DNA of 26,312 nucleotides from Desulfobulbus sp. (GCA_011051825.1 DRKH01000325.1:1-26312); one strand, 5' to 3'; shown: positions 15,431 through 24,556, numbered from the stretch's first letter. Numbers and translations are program-made. Notes: generated from the letters alone by a model not told the origin.

Positions 15431-16453
15431 ATGAAACAGCTTTTTTCCACAGCTCGACTTTACGCACTGTTCTCCATTTTGTTTCTGATCTGCGCACTGC
15501 AGGTTCAGGCCGGCCAGATACCTGTTCTCAAGGACACGGCAAAGCATCGTCCCCAGGCAGCCACAACAGAGCCTGAAGACGCGCAGCGCATGGCGGCCTG
15601 GATCAGTCTGGGGGATCACAGCAGTATCGCGGCCGTGAAAAGACGGGTTCGCAGAACAAAGTCAACGGCAAGCCGTCTGCCCAACATCAAGAAACAGATA
15701 ACATCCAAAAGCGTCATCATCATGGACGCGGAAACCGGCGAAACAATTTTTGCCAAGGCCCCGGATAATCCGCGCCAACCTGCTTCAACCATCAAAGTGC
15801 TCACCGGGATGATCGCTATCAAATCCCTGGACAGTGACGAAAGAGTCAGTGTCAGTCGGCATGCCTCCGGCATGCCCAGGTCAAAAATCTATCTTGACAC
15901 AAGGAAACAGTATAAGGTCGATGATCTGATTAATGCGGTCCTGCTGGCGTCGGCCAACGATGCCTCCGTCGCCCTTGCCGAAAAAATTGCCGGCAGTGAA
16001 CAGGATTTCGCCCGGATGATGACCCTGCGGGCCAAGTTATGGGGAGCCAGGAACACTATCTGCCGCACGGCATCCGGCCTGACAGCCAAAGGGCAGCATT
16101 CAACGGCCCGGGATCTGGCCACAATTTTCCGTCATACCATGCAAAATCAAGAATTTGCCCGGCGCATGCAGAAGACGAAAGTCACGACCTCCTATGGAAA
16201 AACCCTGCGTAATCACAACAAGGCATTATGGCGGGTCAAAGGGGCTAACGGAGGGAAAACCGGGTATACGGCGGCAGCCAGACAAACCTACGTCGGAAAA
16301 TTTACCCGGGAAGAGGGATCCATTATTGTGGCCATCATGGGCAGTGAAACCATGTGGTCCGACCTGAAGAATCTGGTGGAATACGGTTTTAAACGAAAAC
16401 AGCAGATCGCCCGGGCCCGTATGGAAAATACCAGATTTGCCCAGGCCGACTGA
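15431..16453 (+). CDS. D-alanyl-D-alanine carboxypeptidase (peptidase S11)
   Basis: Signal peptide from ATG 15431; SxxK (STIK), SxN (SAN), KTG. The longer ORF start at 15272 lies inside the MITE. Confidence 0.9.
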   Translation: MKQLFSTARLYALFSILFLICALQVQAGQIPVLKDTAKHRPQAATTEPEDAQRMAAWISLGDHSSIAAVKRRVRRTKSTASRLPNIKKQITSKSVIIMDAETGETIFAKAPDNPRQPASTIKVLTGMIAIKSLDSDERVSVSRHASGMPRSKIYLDTRKQYKVDDLINAVLLASANDASVALAEKIAGSEQDFARMMTLRAKLWGARNTICRTASGLTAKGQHSTARDLATIFRHTMQNQEFARRMQKTKVTTSYGKTLRNHNKALWRVKGANGGKTGYTAAARQTYVGKFTREEGSIIVAIMGSETMWSDLKNLVEYGFKRKQQIARARMENTRFAQAD

Positions 16454-16510
16454 TCAGGCTCGCCAATCAGCCCGGTAACGATATTTCCGATTTCGATTCA
16501 GGGAAAAAAC

Positions 16511-16801
16511 GTAACCGTTCACCGGGATGTCATGCCCTTGGCATTACATCCAAATTGTAAACGTTTACCAGTGCGCCATATTCGTTCAGGTAAGCGAGCC
16601 TGCGAGACTCCGGGTAAGCGAGCCTGCGAGACTCCGGGTAAGCGAGCCTGCGAGACTCCGGGTAAGCGAGGAACAAAACTCCGATAGTCCGCTATGTGAA
16701 GAGATCTAATCGGACGAAGAGGCAGATAGATAGATAGATAAGCGCAGACTTCGAGCGCAGACTTCGAGCGTAGACTCCGTGGGGTGCTGGTGAACGTTTA
16801 G
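16511..16801. mobile_element. IS66-like MITE copy E4 (291 bp), inverted relative to E2
   Basis: End GTAACCGTTCACC at 16511; degenerate opposite end GGTGAACGTTTAG; colinear with the E2 reverse complement; flanks GAAAAAAC / GATAAAAA match 6/8. Confidence 0.85.
16589..16683. repeat. Tandem repeat 3 x 24 bp (GGTAAGCGAGCCTGCGAGACTCCG) plus one 23-bp variant inside E4
   Basis: Read directly from the sequence; it produces the spurious VSEPARLR ORF repeat. Confidence 0.95.
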
Positions 16802-16817
16802 GATAAAAACAAATGGT

Positions 16818-17192
16818 TCATGAAGCAATGCCAAGCTGTTGCTCGACAAGGGCAAGAATCGCCTCTCGCTTGAACGGCTTTTCCAGGGTTGCAATATCAC
16901 CAAGATACCCTGCCATGGTCAGATAGCGTTCTGCTTTGATCGCTCCGCCACCGGAGATGGCAAGAATCTTCATATCCGGGTAATCCCGAACCAGCTCCAT
17001 GATGAACTTCAAGCCGTCCTTGACCGGCATGATCATATCGGTGATAATCAAGTCAAAGGCATAACGGCCGACCAGCCGCATTCCCTCTTCACCGTTTTCC
17101 GCCACATGTACTTCATATCCTTCATGGGTCAACATCTGAGACAACATCGAGCGGATCTGCTCCTCATCGTCCACAACCAGTATCCGTTTCAA
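16818..17192 (-). CDS. Single-domain response regulator (CheY-like receiver)
   Basis: ILVVDD, DLIITDMIMP (phospho-Asp), AISG, EKPF. A TTG start at 17192 with SD AGGAGG is preferred over the ORF-track start. Confidence 0.9.
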   Translation of the reverse strand: MKRILVVDDEEQIRSMLSQMLTHEGYEVHVAENGEEGMRLVGRYAFDLIITDMIMPVKDGLKFIMELVRDYPDMKILAISGGGAIKAERYLTMAGYLGDIATLEKPFKREAILALVEQQLGIAS

Positions 17193-17382
17193 TGATTTCC
17201 TCCTCGCATTAGTCAGCTTCACATGCTCCTGTGAAAAAAAATCCCCCTGCAGGGACATCTTGTCAGCCACATCCTGTCAGCCCCTTATCTCCACAGTACA
17301 ATTTGGTAATCATCAATTCAACAGCTTTTTCGCATTTGTCCTCTTTTTCTCCTGAATCCGGGGACGGTCACATATTTATTGT

Positions 17383-17405
17383 GTAACTTTTCAGGAGCAC
17401 CCCAC
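17383..17405. repeat. Solitary end of the IS66-like MITE family
   Basis: GTAACTTTTCAGGAGCACCCCAC vs E3 GTAACTGTTCAGGAGCACCCCAC (22/23); no partner end found. Confidence 0.7.
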
Positions 17406-17476
17406 CAAATTTATGCGGTTGTTGATTTAATGTATTTTCGCCCGATCTCTGCGTTATAAAAAAAAGGGGGGGGGCT

Positions 17477-17656
17477 CCACTTCACTCTCCTTGGACACTG
17501 TTGGGTTAAGCGGCTTTCATGCTCCACGGTTATTGGGTTCGTTGACACCGAAAACCCTCAACACATTGAGTTTGCAAAAAATAAGCGAACCCAACACAAT
17601 GAAGAGGAAGCTGCTCGCTTAACCCAACGTATTTTGCATTTAGGAGAGCAAAGTGG
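17477..17656. repeat. About 180-bp REP/REPIN-like foldback
   Basis: Three nested inverted pairs: 17477-17490/17643-17656 (12/14), GTTGGGTTAAGCG 17500-17512/17616-17628 (13/13), TTGGGTTCG 17533-17541/17586-17594 (9/9). Confidence 0.75.
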
Positions 17657-17669
17657 ATTCCCCCTTACG

Positions 17670-17700
17670 AAAAAAAAATCAGACCCGGTCGGGGACCGGG
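17670..17700 (-). terminator. Rho-independent terminator of the DUF1566 gene
   Basis: CCCGGTC-loop-GACCGGG hairpin followed on the minus strand by TCTGA and a T run. Confidence 0.7.
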
Positions 17701-17720
17701 TGATCAAATTCAGCTTTTTT

Positions 17721-18656
17721 TCAGCGGCAGAAGCGGCCGAAACCGCCAGGAATCGTCCCTGAAGACCAGAACGCCCGGCCGTGCTTGAAATCTACAAACC
17801 AGTATCCGCCCGGTCTGCGGATGGCATCGACAAAGATAAACGGTTGTTCGGACGAAAAACAGGGATGCAGAAACAGATCTCTGTTCTTCTCCTGTTCCAT
17901 GAGGGACAGGGCCTCGGCCATGGACGGGAAACGCCAGTCGTTATAGCCGGCAAACTGTGCCGCATTGAGTCTTTCCAGCTCCCTGCGCATGGAACGATGA
18001 CTCATGATATCCGCTCCGCCCCGCTGCCACATGACACCGGTCACCTTGTCGGTTACGGTCCGGCCATCACCGTTGTCGACCAGGAAATTCTTAAAATTGC
18101 CTTCAGGGTTCCGCTCATGGTCGGTAAAATTGTATTTTTTGACCAGGGCAACCACATCCTCTTCGCTCATCTCAGCAGGACCCGAGGGCAGATCGACGCG
18201 TTCCAGATCAGCGGGCAGCGGTTCATCGGCCCCGGGCAGACCGGTCAAGCCCAGGCTTTCCCGTTCCTCTTCCTCAATGGGAACGACCTTGGATTCATCA
18301 CAGGTCTCAATGATATTTTCCAGCAGCCACGTTTTTACTTCCTCGTTGATACCATGGCTTCGTTCAAAGATCGCAACCTTGCCCTGATCATCGACACATT
18401 TTCGTACCATCTCAGGAGGCGCCAGTATTTCAGCCACAACGCGGGCATGCTTTACGCCGCGTTCCATCAGACAGAGCCTGGGGGTATCATCCCAGGCATC
18501 GATAAAGAAATAATAGATTCGTTCCTTACGTGAAATTTTACTGCGAACCTGCTCTTTCCCTCCCCAGGATTCAAAGGTGCCAAAGGTATACTCCGGACTC
18601 ATCTCCCAGTCGATGACAGGTTGATTCCCCAGCTTCAAAAGAGTAAACAGTCCCAT
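17721..18656 (-). CDS. DVU0772-like N-terminal domain fused to DUF1566 (Lcl C-terminal domain)
   Basis: N-term IDWEMSPE...YYFFIDAW; C-term DNGDGRTVTDKVTGVMWQ...DWRFPSMAEALSL, typical of DUF1566. Confidence 0.72.
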   Translation of the reverse strand: MGLFTLLKLGNQPVIDWEMSPEYTFGTFESWGGKEQVRSKISRKERIYYFFIDAWDDTPRLCLMERGVKHARVVAEILAPPEMVRKCVDDQGKVAIFERSHGINEEVKTWLLENIIETCDESKVVPIEEEERESLGLTGLPGADEPLPADLERVDLPSGPAEMSEEDVVALVKKYNFTDHERNPEGNFKNFLVDNGDGRTVTDKVTGVMWQRGGADIMSHRSMRRELERLNAAQFAGYNDWRFPSMAEALSLMEQEKNRDLFLHPCFSSEQPFIFVDAIRRPGGYWFVDFKHGRAFWSSGTIPGGFGRFCR

Positions 18657-18808
18657 AAAATCCTCCGTAATTTATTTTACAAAAAACAGAAATAGAGTAG
18701 TATTCCACTTTGGAACCTGAGCATTGAAATCACGGGGTTAAATAGCCTCTGACCTGTTACCCAAGACCTTCACCTTTCAGACCCAAGTCTTCTCCAAAGT
18801 CGAATGCG

Positions 18809-18837
18809 TTGACTTACTATAGAATGATACTTATTAC
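18809..18837 (+). promoter_or_regulatory. Sigma70-like promoter candidate for glgX
   Basis: TTGACT-17 nt-TATTAC, ending 15 bp before the ATG. Confidence 0.45.
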
Positions 18838-18852
18838 CACGTCAAGATAAAA

Positions 18853-20970
18853 ATGATTATTATTCAGCCCGGATCTCCGGAACCGCTTGGAGCGACAGTC
18901 ACTGCCCGGGGAATCAACTTCGCCCTTTTCTCCCGGCATGCCACCGATGTAACCCTTGTCATCGAGGAGGAAAACGGAAAAAAAACAGTGGCGCAGGAAT
19001 TCCCCCTCGACCCGGTTCTGAACAAGACCGGAGACATCTGGCACTGTCTGCTCTGCGGCTGTTCGCAATCCTTGCGATACGGCTATCGTATTGCCGGCCC
19101 GCATGACCCTGAAGGCAGCGGCCACTGGTATGATAAAAGCCTTATCCTGATTGATCCCTATGCCAAGGAACTTCGCTCCCCGACATGGGGAAAAAAGCGC
19201 AGCTGCCTGGGAACCAGACCCTGCGGCATGCTGCCGGACCAGGAATACGACTGGCAGGGGGATCGTCCCCTGAATCACCCGCTGCCCGATACCATCATCT
19301 ATGAAATGCATGTCCGCGGCCTGACCCGGCATCCGTCTTCCAAGACCGCCAGACCTGGAACCTTTACCGGGGTGACCGAAAAAATTCCCTACCTGCAGGA
19401 ACTGGGCATCACGGCTGTCGAGCTGATGCCGGTCACCGAATTTAATGAGAATGAAACCATTTTTACCAATCCCGACACCGGTGAACGGTTAAAAAACTAC
19501 TGGGGTTACAGTCCGCTTTCCTTTTTTGCCCCCAAAACCGGGTACAGCAGTGATCCCGACAATCCGCTCGACGAATTCCGGGATATGGTCCGAGCCCTGC
19601 ACAAGGCCGGGATTGAGGTCATTCTCGACATAGTCTATAACCATACCGCCGAAGGCGGAGCGGACGGGCCGACCACAAGCTTCCGCGGTATCGACAATAC
19701 CATTTACTACCTGCTTGATCCCTGGACCCGGGCCTATCTTAACTTTTCCGGCTGCGGCAACACCTGCAACTGCAATCATCCGGTTGTGCGGACGCTGATC
19801 ATGGATGCCCTGCGCTGGTGGGTTGTCAACATGCATGTGGACGGCTTTCGTTTTGATCTGGCCTCCATTCTCGGACGGGATCAGGAGGGACATGTCCTGA
19901 CCAACCCGCCGGTGGTGGAGATGATCGCCGAGGATCCGATTCTGGCAGACTCCAAGATTATTGCCGAGGCCTGGGACGCAGCCGGACTCTACCAGGTCGG
20001 CAGTTTTTCCGCCCACCGGCGATGGGCCGAATGGAACGGCAGGTTCCGGGACGATATCCGGGCCTTCATGTGCGGACATCCGGGCCTGGTTCCGGCCCTG
20101 GCAACCCGCATTGCCGGAAGTTCGGACCTCTATCAGCAGGACGGACGGCGTCCCTGCAACTCGATTAATTTCATCACCAGCCATGACGGTTTCACGCTGC
20201 AGGATCTGGTGAGTTACAACGAAAAACACAACCGAATGAACGGTGAGGGAAACCGGGACGGCGACAACAACAATCTGAGCTGGAACTCCGGTGCCGAAGG
20301 TGAGACCGACGACCCGAAGATCATCCGCTTACGCAATCGCAGGGTCCGGACCATGGCGGTCATTCTCTTTCTTTCCCAGGGCGTACCGATGATGGTTGCC
20401 GGCGATGAATTCGGACGCAGCCAGCAGGGCAACAATAATGCCTGGTGCCAGGACAATGAAATCAGCTGGCTCAACTGGGAACTCCTGCAGCGCCATGGCC
20501 ATCGGTTCCGCTTCTTTAAAAAACTTATTCACCTCAGGCGGGCCCACCCTATCTTCCGCCGCCATGATTTTTTTCTGGCCGAGGATACTGCGGGCGAACC
20601 GCTTCATCTGCAGGAGATCAGCTGGCAGGGGCTCAGGCCCGGCGAACAGAACTGGTCCCATGACTGCCATACGCTGGCCTTTACCCTCAACGGTTCCCAG
20701 CTGCCCGAGGGTGAAGACGATGACTTTTTCATCATGCTCAACGGCCACCGGACGAAAAAACAAATCTTTACCGTTTCAACGCCGCCCACCCTGCACACCA
20801 GGCGAAAATGGAAAAAAATAATAGATACCGGCAAACTGCCGCCCAATGATTTCCTGGATGCGGAACAGGCCGCTATCATCACCCCCGGTGAGCGGGTGCC
20901 CGTTGCCCCCATGGGCTGTGTCGTACTCCAGTCACAAAACGGCACCATCGCTGCCCGACAGACCCGCTGA
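18853..20970 (+). CDS. glgX: Glycogen debranching enzyme (isoamylase, GH13 with CBM48)
   Basis: PLGATVTARGINFALFS, IIYEMHVRG, NYWGYSP, ILDIVYNHTAEG, VDGFRFDLAS, IAEAWD, NFITSHDGFTL, NNAWCQDN. Confidence 0.96.
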   Translation: MIIIQPGSPEPLGATVTARGINFALFSRHATDVTLVIEEENGKKTVAQEFPLDPVLNKTGDIWHCLLCGCSQSLRYGYRIAGPHDPEGSGHWYDKSLILIDPYAKELRSPTWGKKRSCLGTRPCGMLPDQEYDWQGDRPLNHPLPDTIIYEMHVRGLTRHPSSKTARPGTFTGVTEKIPYLQELGITAVELMPVTEFNENETIFTNPDTGERLKNYWGYSPLSFFAPKTGYSSDPDNPLDEFRDMVRALHKAGIEVILDIVYNHTAEGGADGPTTSFRGIDNTIYYLLDPWTRAYLNFSGCGNTCNCNHPVVRTLIMDALRWWVVNMHVDGFRFDLASILGRDQEGHVLTNPPVVEMIAEDPILADSKIIAEAWDAAGLYQVGSFSAHRRWAEWNGRFRDDIRAFMCGHPGLVPALATRIAGSSDLYQQDGRRPCNSINFITSHDGFTLQDLVSYNEKHNRMNGEGNRDGDNNNLSWNSGAEGETDDPKIIRLRNRRVRTMAVILFLSQGVPMMVAGDEFGRSQQGNNNAWCQDNEISWLNWELLQRHGHRFRFFKKLIHLRRAHPIFRRHDFFLAEDTAGEPLHLQEISWQGLRPGEQNWSHDCHTLAFTLNGSQLPEGEDDDFFIMLNGHRTKKQIFTVSTPPTLHTRRKWKKIIDTGKLPPNDFLDAEQAAIITPGERVPVAPMGCVVLQSQNGTIAARQTR

Positions 20971-20978
20971 CCAGCCAT

Positions 20979-21521
20979 ATGACCGCTCAGAAAACCATAC
21001 TTATGCTTGGCGACTCACTTGTTGAATGGGGGGACTGGGATACCCTTCTCCCTGACTATAAGGTACTCAACCGTGGTGTTGCCGGAGAGGATGTCGAGGG
21101 CCTGTCGGTGCGGCTGGCCGATGAAGTTGCAGTTGTAGAACCGGTACAGCACATCCTGATCATGGCCGGGACCAACAACCTGCTTATGGGCAACCTCTTT
21201 TTCCCGGCCATATTCAGGACCATGCTGGTCAGACTGCAGCAGCTGCGCCCGGATCCGGCAATTACTGTCAACTCAATCCTGCCTATGGATATTCCCGGCC
21301 TGCCCGGAGAGACAATCGACCGGGTCAACCTGGAACTCCGAGGGACGACCGAAGACAGCGGCAGCACTTTTTTAGACATGGACGAGGCCTATGCCGCCCG
21401 TTGTCTACCCATCACTCACCCCTGTTTCATGGAAGACGGGGTCCACCTGAGCACCCGCGGTTACCAGGTATGGGCCGAAGAGATCAGCCGTCATCTGCAG
21501 GGCCTGGAAAGAGAGCCATGA
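20979..21521 (+). CDS. SGNH/GDSL-family hydrolase
   Basis: LGDSL block I, NRGVAG, GTNN, DGVHL. Confidence 0.9.
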   Translation: MTAQKTILMLGDSLVEWGDWDTLLPDYKVLNRGVAGEDVEGLSVRLADEVAVVEPVQHILIMAGTNNLLMGNLFFPAIFRTMLVRLQQLRPDPAITVNSILPMDIPGLPGETIDRVNLELRGTTEDSGSTFLDMDEAYAARCLPITHPCFMEDGVHLSTRGYQVWAEEISRHLQGLEREP

Positions 21522-21524
21522 GGC

Positions 21525-21553
21525 TTGACAGGCCGACTGCAACTTCTTATATG
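21525..21553 (+). promoter_or_regulatory. Sigma70-like promoter candidate
   Basis: TTGACA-17 nt-TATATG upstream of 21634. Confidence 0.55.
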
Positions 21554-21633
21554 TTTCAGCTGTTGCCATAAAAAATCCTTCTGCTTCAGCCGTTGAACAG
21601 AAGACAAACTCTTTTTATTCTTCGAGGTATATT

Positions 21634-22479
21634 ATGATACGTTCACGCCTGTCTACCTGTCTTGTTCTGGCCGCCCTCTGCACCACACCGATTCTCTTCC
21701 ATGCCCCGGATACCCATGCCGCGGAATCGGCACTGGATGGAAAAGCAATCAAAGGTGAAGTTATTGAAACCATGAACTCCGGCGGCTACACCTACATCCA
21801 GGTGAAAGCCCCTGAAGGAGACGTATGGATTGCCATGCCCCAGACCAAGGTCAAGAAGGGCCAGCAGGTTACCTGTGCCCCCGGTATGTCCATGACCAAT
21901 TTTCAATCCAAATCCCTGAACCGCACCTTTGATACCATTATCTTCTCTTCCGGCCTTGACAACGGAAGTCTGCCGGCCAATCCGCATGGAGGCAGCGCCG
22001 GAATGGCAGCAGCTCCGGCAGCCGGTGGTTCTTCCTTTGCCGCCGCCGTGCAGGCTGAACGAAAAACCGGCATGGGGGGAGGAGCAGGCATGGGCAGCGC
22101 CATGGCCGGCATGGCAGGGGCCAGCGGCAGCACCAGCAACATTGTCCCTTCCAAGGACATTTCGGTGGAAAAAGCACCGGGAGACAATGCCTATACCGTG
22201 GGTGAAATCTTTGAACAGGGTAAAAAGCTCAACGATAAAAAGGTTGTGGTTCGCGGCAAGGTCGTGAAGGTCTCCAAAATGATTATGGGCAAAAACTGGG
22301 TCCATATTCAGGACGGCACCGGCAACCCGATGAAGAACTCCCATGATCTCGTTGTGACCACCATGGACGAGCCCGCCCTGGACAGTGTTGTCATCGTCAA
22401 GGGTACCCTGCATGCAAACAAGGACTTTGGTGCCGGCTACAAGTATGACGTAATCATTGAGGATGCCTCCGTTAAATAG
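21634..22479 (+). CDS. Exported protein with two OB-fold-like domains (NrfJ-like)
   Basis: Signal peptide; GEVIETMNSGGYTYIQV..VWIA; Met/Gly/Ala-rich linker; VRGKVVKVS..IMGKNWVHIQDG..KDFGAGYKY. Confidence 0.7.
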   Translation: MIRSRLSTCLVLAALCTTPILFHAPDTHAAESALDGKAIKGEVIETMNSGGYTYIQVKAPEGDVWIAMPQTKVKKGQQVTCAPGMSMTNFQSKSLNRTFDTIIFSSGLDNGSLPANPHGGSAGMAAAPAAGGSSFAAAVQAERKTGMGGGAGMGSAMAGMAGASGSTSNIVPSKDISVEKAPGDNAYTVGEIFEQGKKLNDKKVVVRGKVVKVSKMIMGKNWVHIQDGTGNPMKNSHDLVVTTMDEPALDSVVIVKGTLHANKDFGAGYKYDVIIEDASVK

Positions 22480-22496
22480 CATCGTCTTTCCCAGCC

Positions 22497-23429
22497 ATGC
22501 ACCTGGTACTGGTCGGACCGGGAGCCCTGGGCTCGCTGTTTGCGGTCCGACTTGCCCCACACCTGCAGAAAGAGAGCGATGCTCTCTTTCTGCTTGACCA
22601 TAACAGCCGCCGTGCCCGCGATCTGACCCGAACCGGGTTCAGCCTGCAGCAGAACGACAGTCTTTTTCATGCACACGTGCAGGTTACCGCCGATCCCCAT
22701 GCAATCCCCGCCTGCGACGTACTGTTGCTCTGCGTCAAGGCCAACCATGTTGCCGAAGCCCTGCAACATGCAGCTCCACTCATTTCAAAAAACACCCTGG
22801 TCATCGGTATCCAGAACGGCATGGCCCATCTTGAGGCCCTGCTGAAAACGGCCGGGGTTGCCATTGCCGCGACCTCTTCTGCAGGTGCAACCTTGACCGG
22901 GCCCGGGCAAGTCCTCTTCGGAGGCACGGGCCTGACCCGATTTGGTGTATTGCACAGGGACACCCCTGTGCCGGAAGAACTGGAAAACGTTGTCGAGCTC
23001 TTTACCCGGGCCGGACTGCAGGCGGAACGTGTCGATGATATTTATGCCTTCCTGTGGGAGAAACTGTGTGTCAATGTGGGCATCAATGCGCTCACCGCCA
23101 TCCATGGGCAAAAAAACGGCTGGCTCCTGACCGCGGATACAACAAAAAAGACCATGAAGGCGGCTATTGCCGAGGCGGTTGCGGTTGCGGCGAAAAAAAA
23201 GATTTCCATCCCCACCGACCCGGTGGCCCTGACCTTTTCGGTCTGCGAAAAAACAAAAGAAAATGTCTCGTCCATGCTCCAGGATATTCGGCATAAACGT
23301 CCCACGGAAATCGAGGCCATCAACGGTTATATTGTCCGCGAGGGAAAAGAGCTGGCCATACCGACCCCGGTCAACAGCAAACTTGTTCAACAGGTACGGG
23401 AAGTCGAGCGATCCCAGCAGGTCACATAA
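22497..23429 (+). CDS. panE: 2-dehydropantoate 2-reductase
   Basis: GPGALG Rossmann motif, CVKA, IQNG, WEKLCVNVGIN, SSMLQD..RPTEIEAING. Confidence 0.92.
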   Translation: MHLVLVGPGALGSLFAVRLAPHLQKESDALFLLDHNSRRARDLTRTGFSLQQNDSLFHAHVQVTADPHAIPACDVLLLCVKANHVAEALQHAAPLISKNTLVIGIQNGMAHLEALLKTAGVAIAATSSAGATLTGPGQVLFGGTGLTRFGVLHRDTPVPEELENVVELFTRAGLQAERVDDIYAFLWEKLCVNVGINALTAIHGQKNGWLLTADTTKKTMKAAIAEAVAVAAKKKISIPTDPVALTFSVCEKTKENVSSMLQDIRHKRPTEIEAINGYIVREGKELAIPTPVNSKLVQQVREVERSQQVT

Positions 23430-24020
23430 GTGAATGATAAAAAAACATTAAAAAATATCGATCCGGCGGAACTCGGATTCGATTTTGACGGGGTTATTGC
23501 AGATACGGCCGAGGCCTTTCTTCGCCTTGCCTGCGATACATATGGCCACTGTAATATTCGGCTTGAAGATATTACCAGCTTTGAGGTCGAGGAGTGTCTG
23601 GATGTCGAGCCGACGATTGTCCGGTCGATTTTTATGGAAATCCTGCTCGATTCCATCGGAACCGGCCTGCAACCCATGCCGGGAGCCGTAGAGGTCCTCG
23701 GTGAGCTCTGTGAACGGGCAGAGGTTAAGGTGATTACGGCGCGCCCGCAGCCGGATCCCGTCCACGCCTGGCTGGAGACAGTCTTCCCCCCTTCCACCTG
23801 TTCCCGTATCCGGGTTATTGCCATGGGCAACCATGACGAAAAACCCCGGCACATTCAACGACTGGGATTGACCCATTTTATTGATGACCGGGCGGAAACC
23901 TGCACCCAGCTCGACAGTGCCGGAATCTGTTCCATCGTCTTCAGCCACCCCTGGAACGAAAACCGGCACACCCTGCCCACGGTCACCAGCTGGCAGGAAA
24001 TCCGGGCACTCTGTCTTTGA
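23430..24020 (+). CDS. HAD-superfamily 5'(3')-nucleotidase-like (NT5C type) hydrolase
   Basis: DFDGV motif I, ITAR, K, FIDD, PWN. Confidence 0.82.
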   Translation: MNDKKTLKNIDPAELGFDFDGVIADTAEAFLRLACDTYGHCNIRLEDITSFEVEECLDVEPTIVRSIFMEILLDSIGTGLQPMPGAVEVLGELCERAEVKVITARPQPDPVHAWLETVFPPSTCSRIRVIAMGNHDEKPRHIQRLGLTHFIDDRAETCTQLDSAGICSIVFSHPWNENRHTLPTVTSWQEIRALCL

Positions 24021-24133
24021 CCCGGGAAACCGCGGGAAACCGGGGACAGACCACAATTTTCATGATGACCATCAGTAATAAAAAAGAAAAACAGGGGATC
24101 GAAACCTGGCCCCTGTTTGTAAAGGTACCTTGC

Positions 24134-24556
24134 ATGCAATGCCCAAACTGCGGTTCAAAAATTCCAGTCTACAAAAATCCCACCCCCACGGTGGACATTA
24201 TCATTGAAATTAACGGCGGCGTTGTCCTGATTGAACGTAGGAACGAGCCCCATGGCTGGGCTCTGCCCGGTGGATTTGTCGATTACGGCGAGTCCTATGA
24301 GCAGGCCGCCGTGCGCGAGGCACATGAAGAAACCGGATTAGAGGTTAAGCTGGAGAGCCAGTTTCACACCTATTCCGATCCCAACCGTGATCCCCGCCAG
24401 CATACGGCCTCAACGGTGTTTATTGCCCGCGCACAAGGGCATCCGGTCGGGGCGGACGATGCCCTGCAGGCCGGAATATTTACCCGTGAGACCCTGCCGC
24501 CCCTGGTCTTTGATCATGCCGGGATTATTGACGATTATTTCAACAACCGGTATTAG
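24134..24556 (+). CDS. Nudix hydrolase with N-terminal CxxC
   Basis: MQCPNCG..YKNP; Nudix box [24 protein letters not shown]; start moved to ATG 24134. Confidence 0.9.
   Translation: MQCPNCGSKIPVYKNPTPTVDIIIEINGGVVLIERRNEPHGWALPGGFVDYGESYEQAAVREAHEETGLEVKLESQFHTYSDPNRDPRQHTASTVFIARAQGHPVGADDALQAGIFTRETLPPLVFDHAGIIDDYFNNRY

Noticed and set aside
12182-16801. Composite transposon formed by inverted E2 and E4 around the acyl-CoA synthetase and DD-carboxypeptidase
   Set aside because: The outer flanks (CATTAAAC vs GATAAAAA) do not match, and E2 has its own duplication, so the copies inserted independently.
24021-24120. Short repeats and hairpin between the HAD and Nudix genes (GGGAAACC x2, AAACAGGGG/CCCCTGTTT)
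   Set aside because: Too short to assign; could be a weak terminator or repeat debris.
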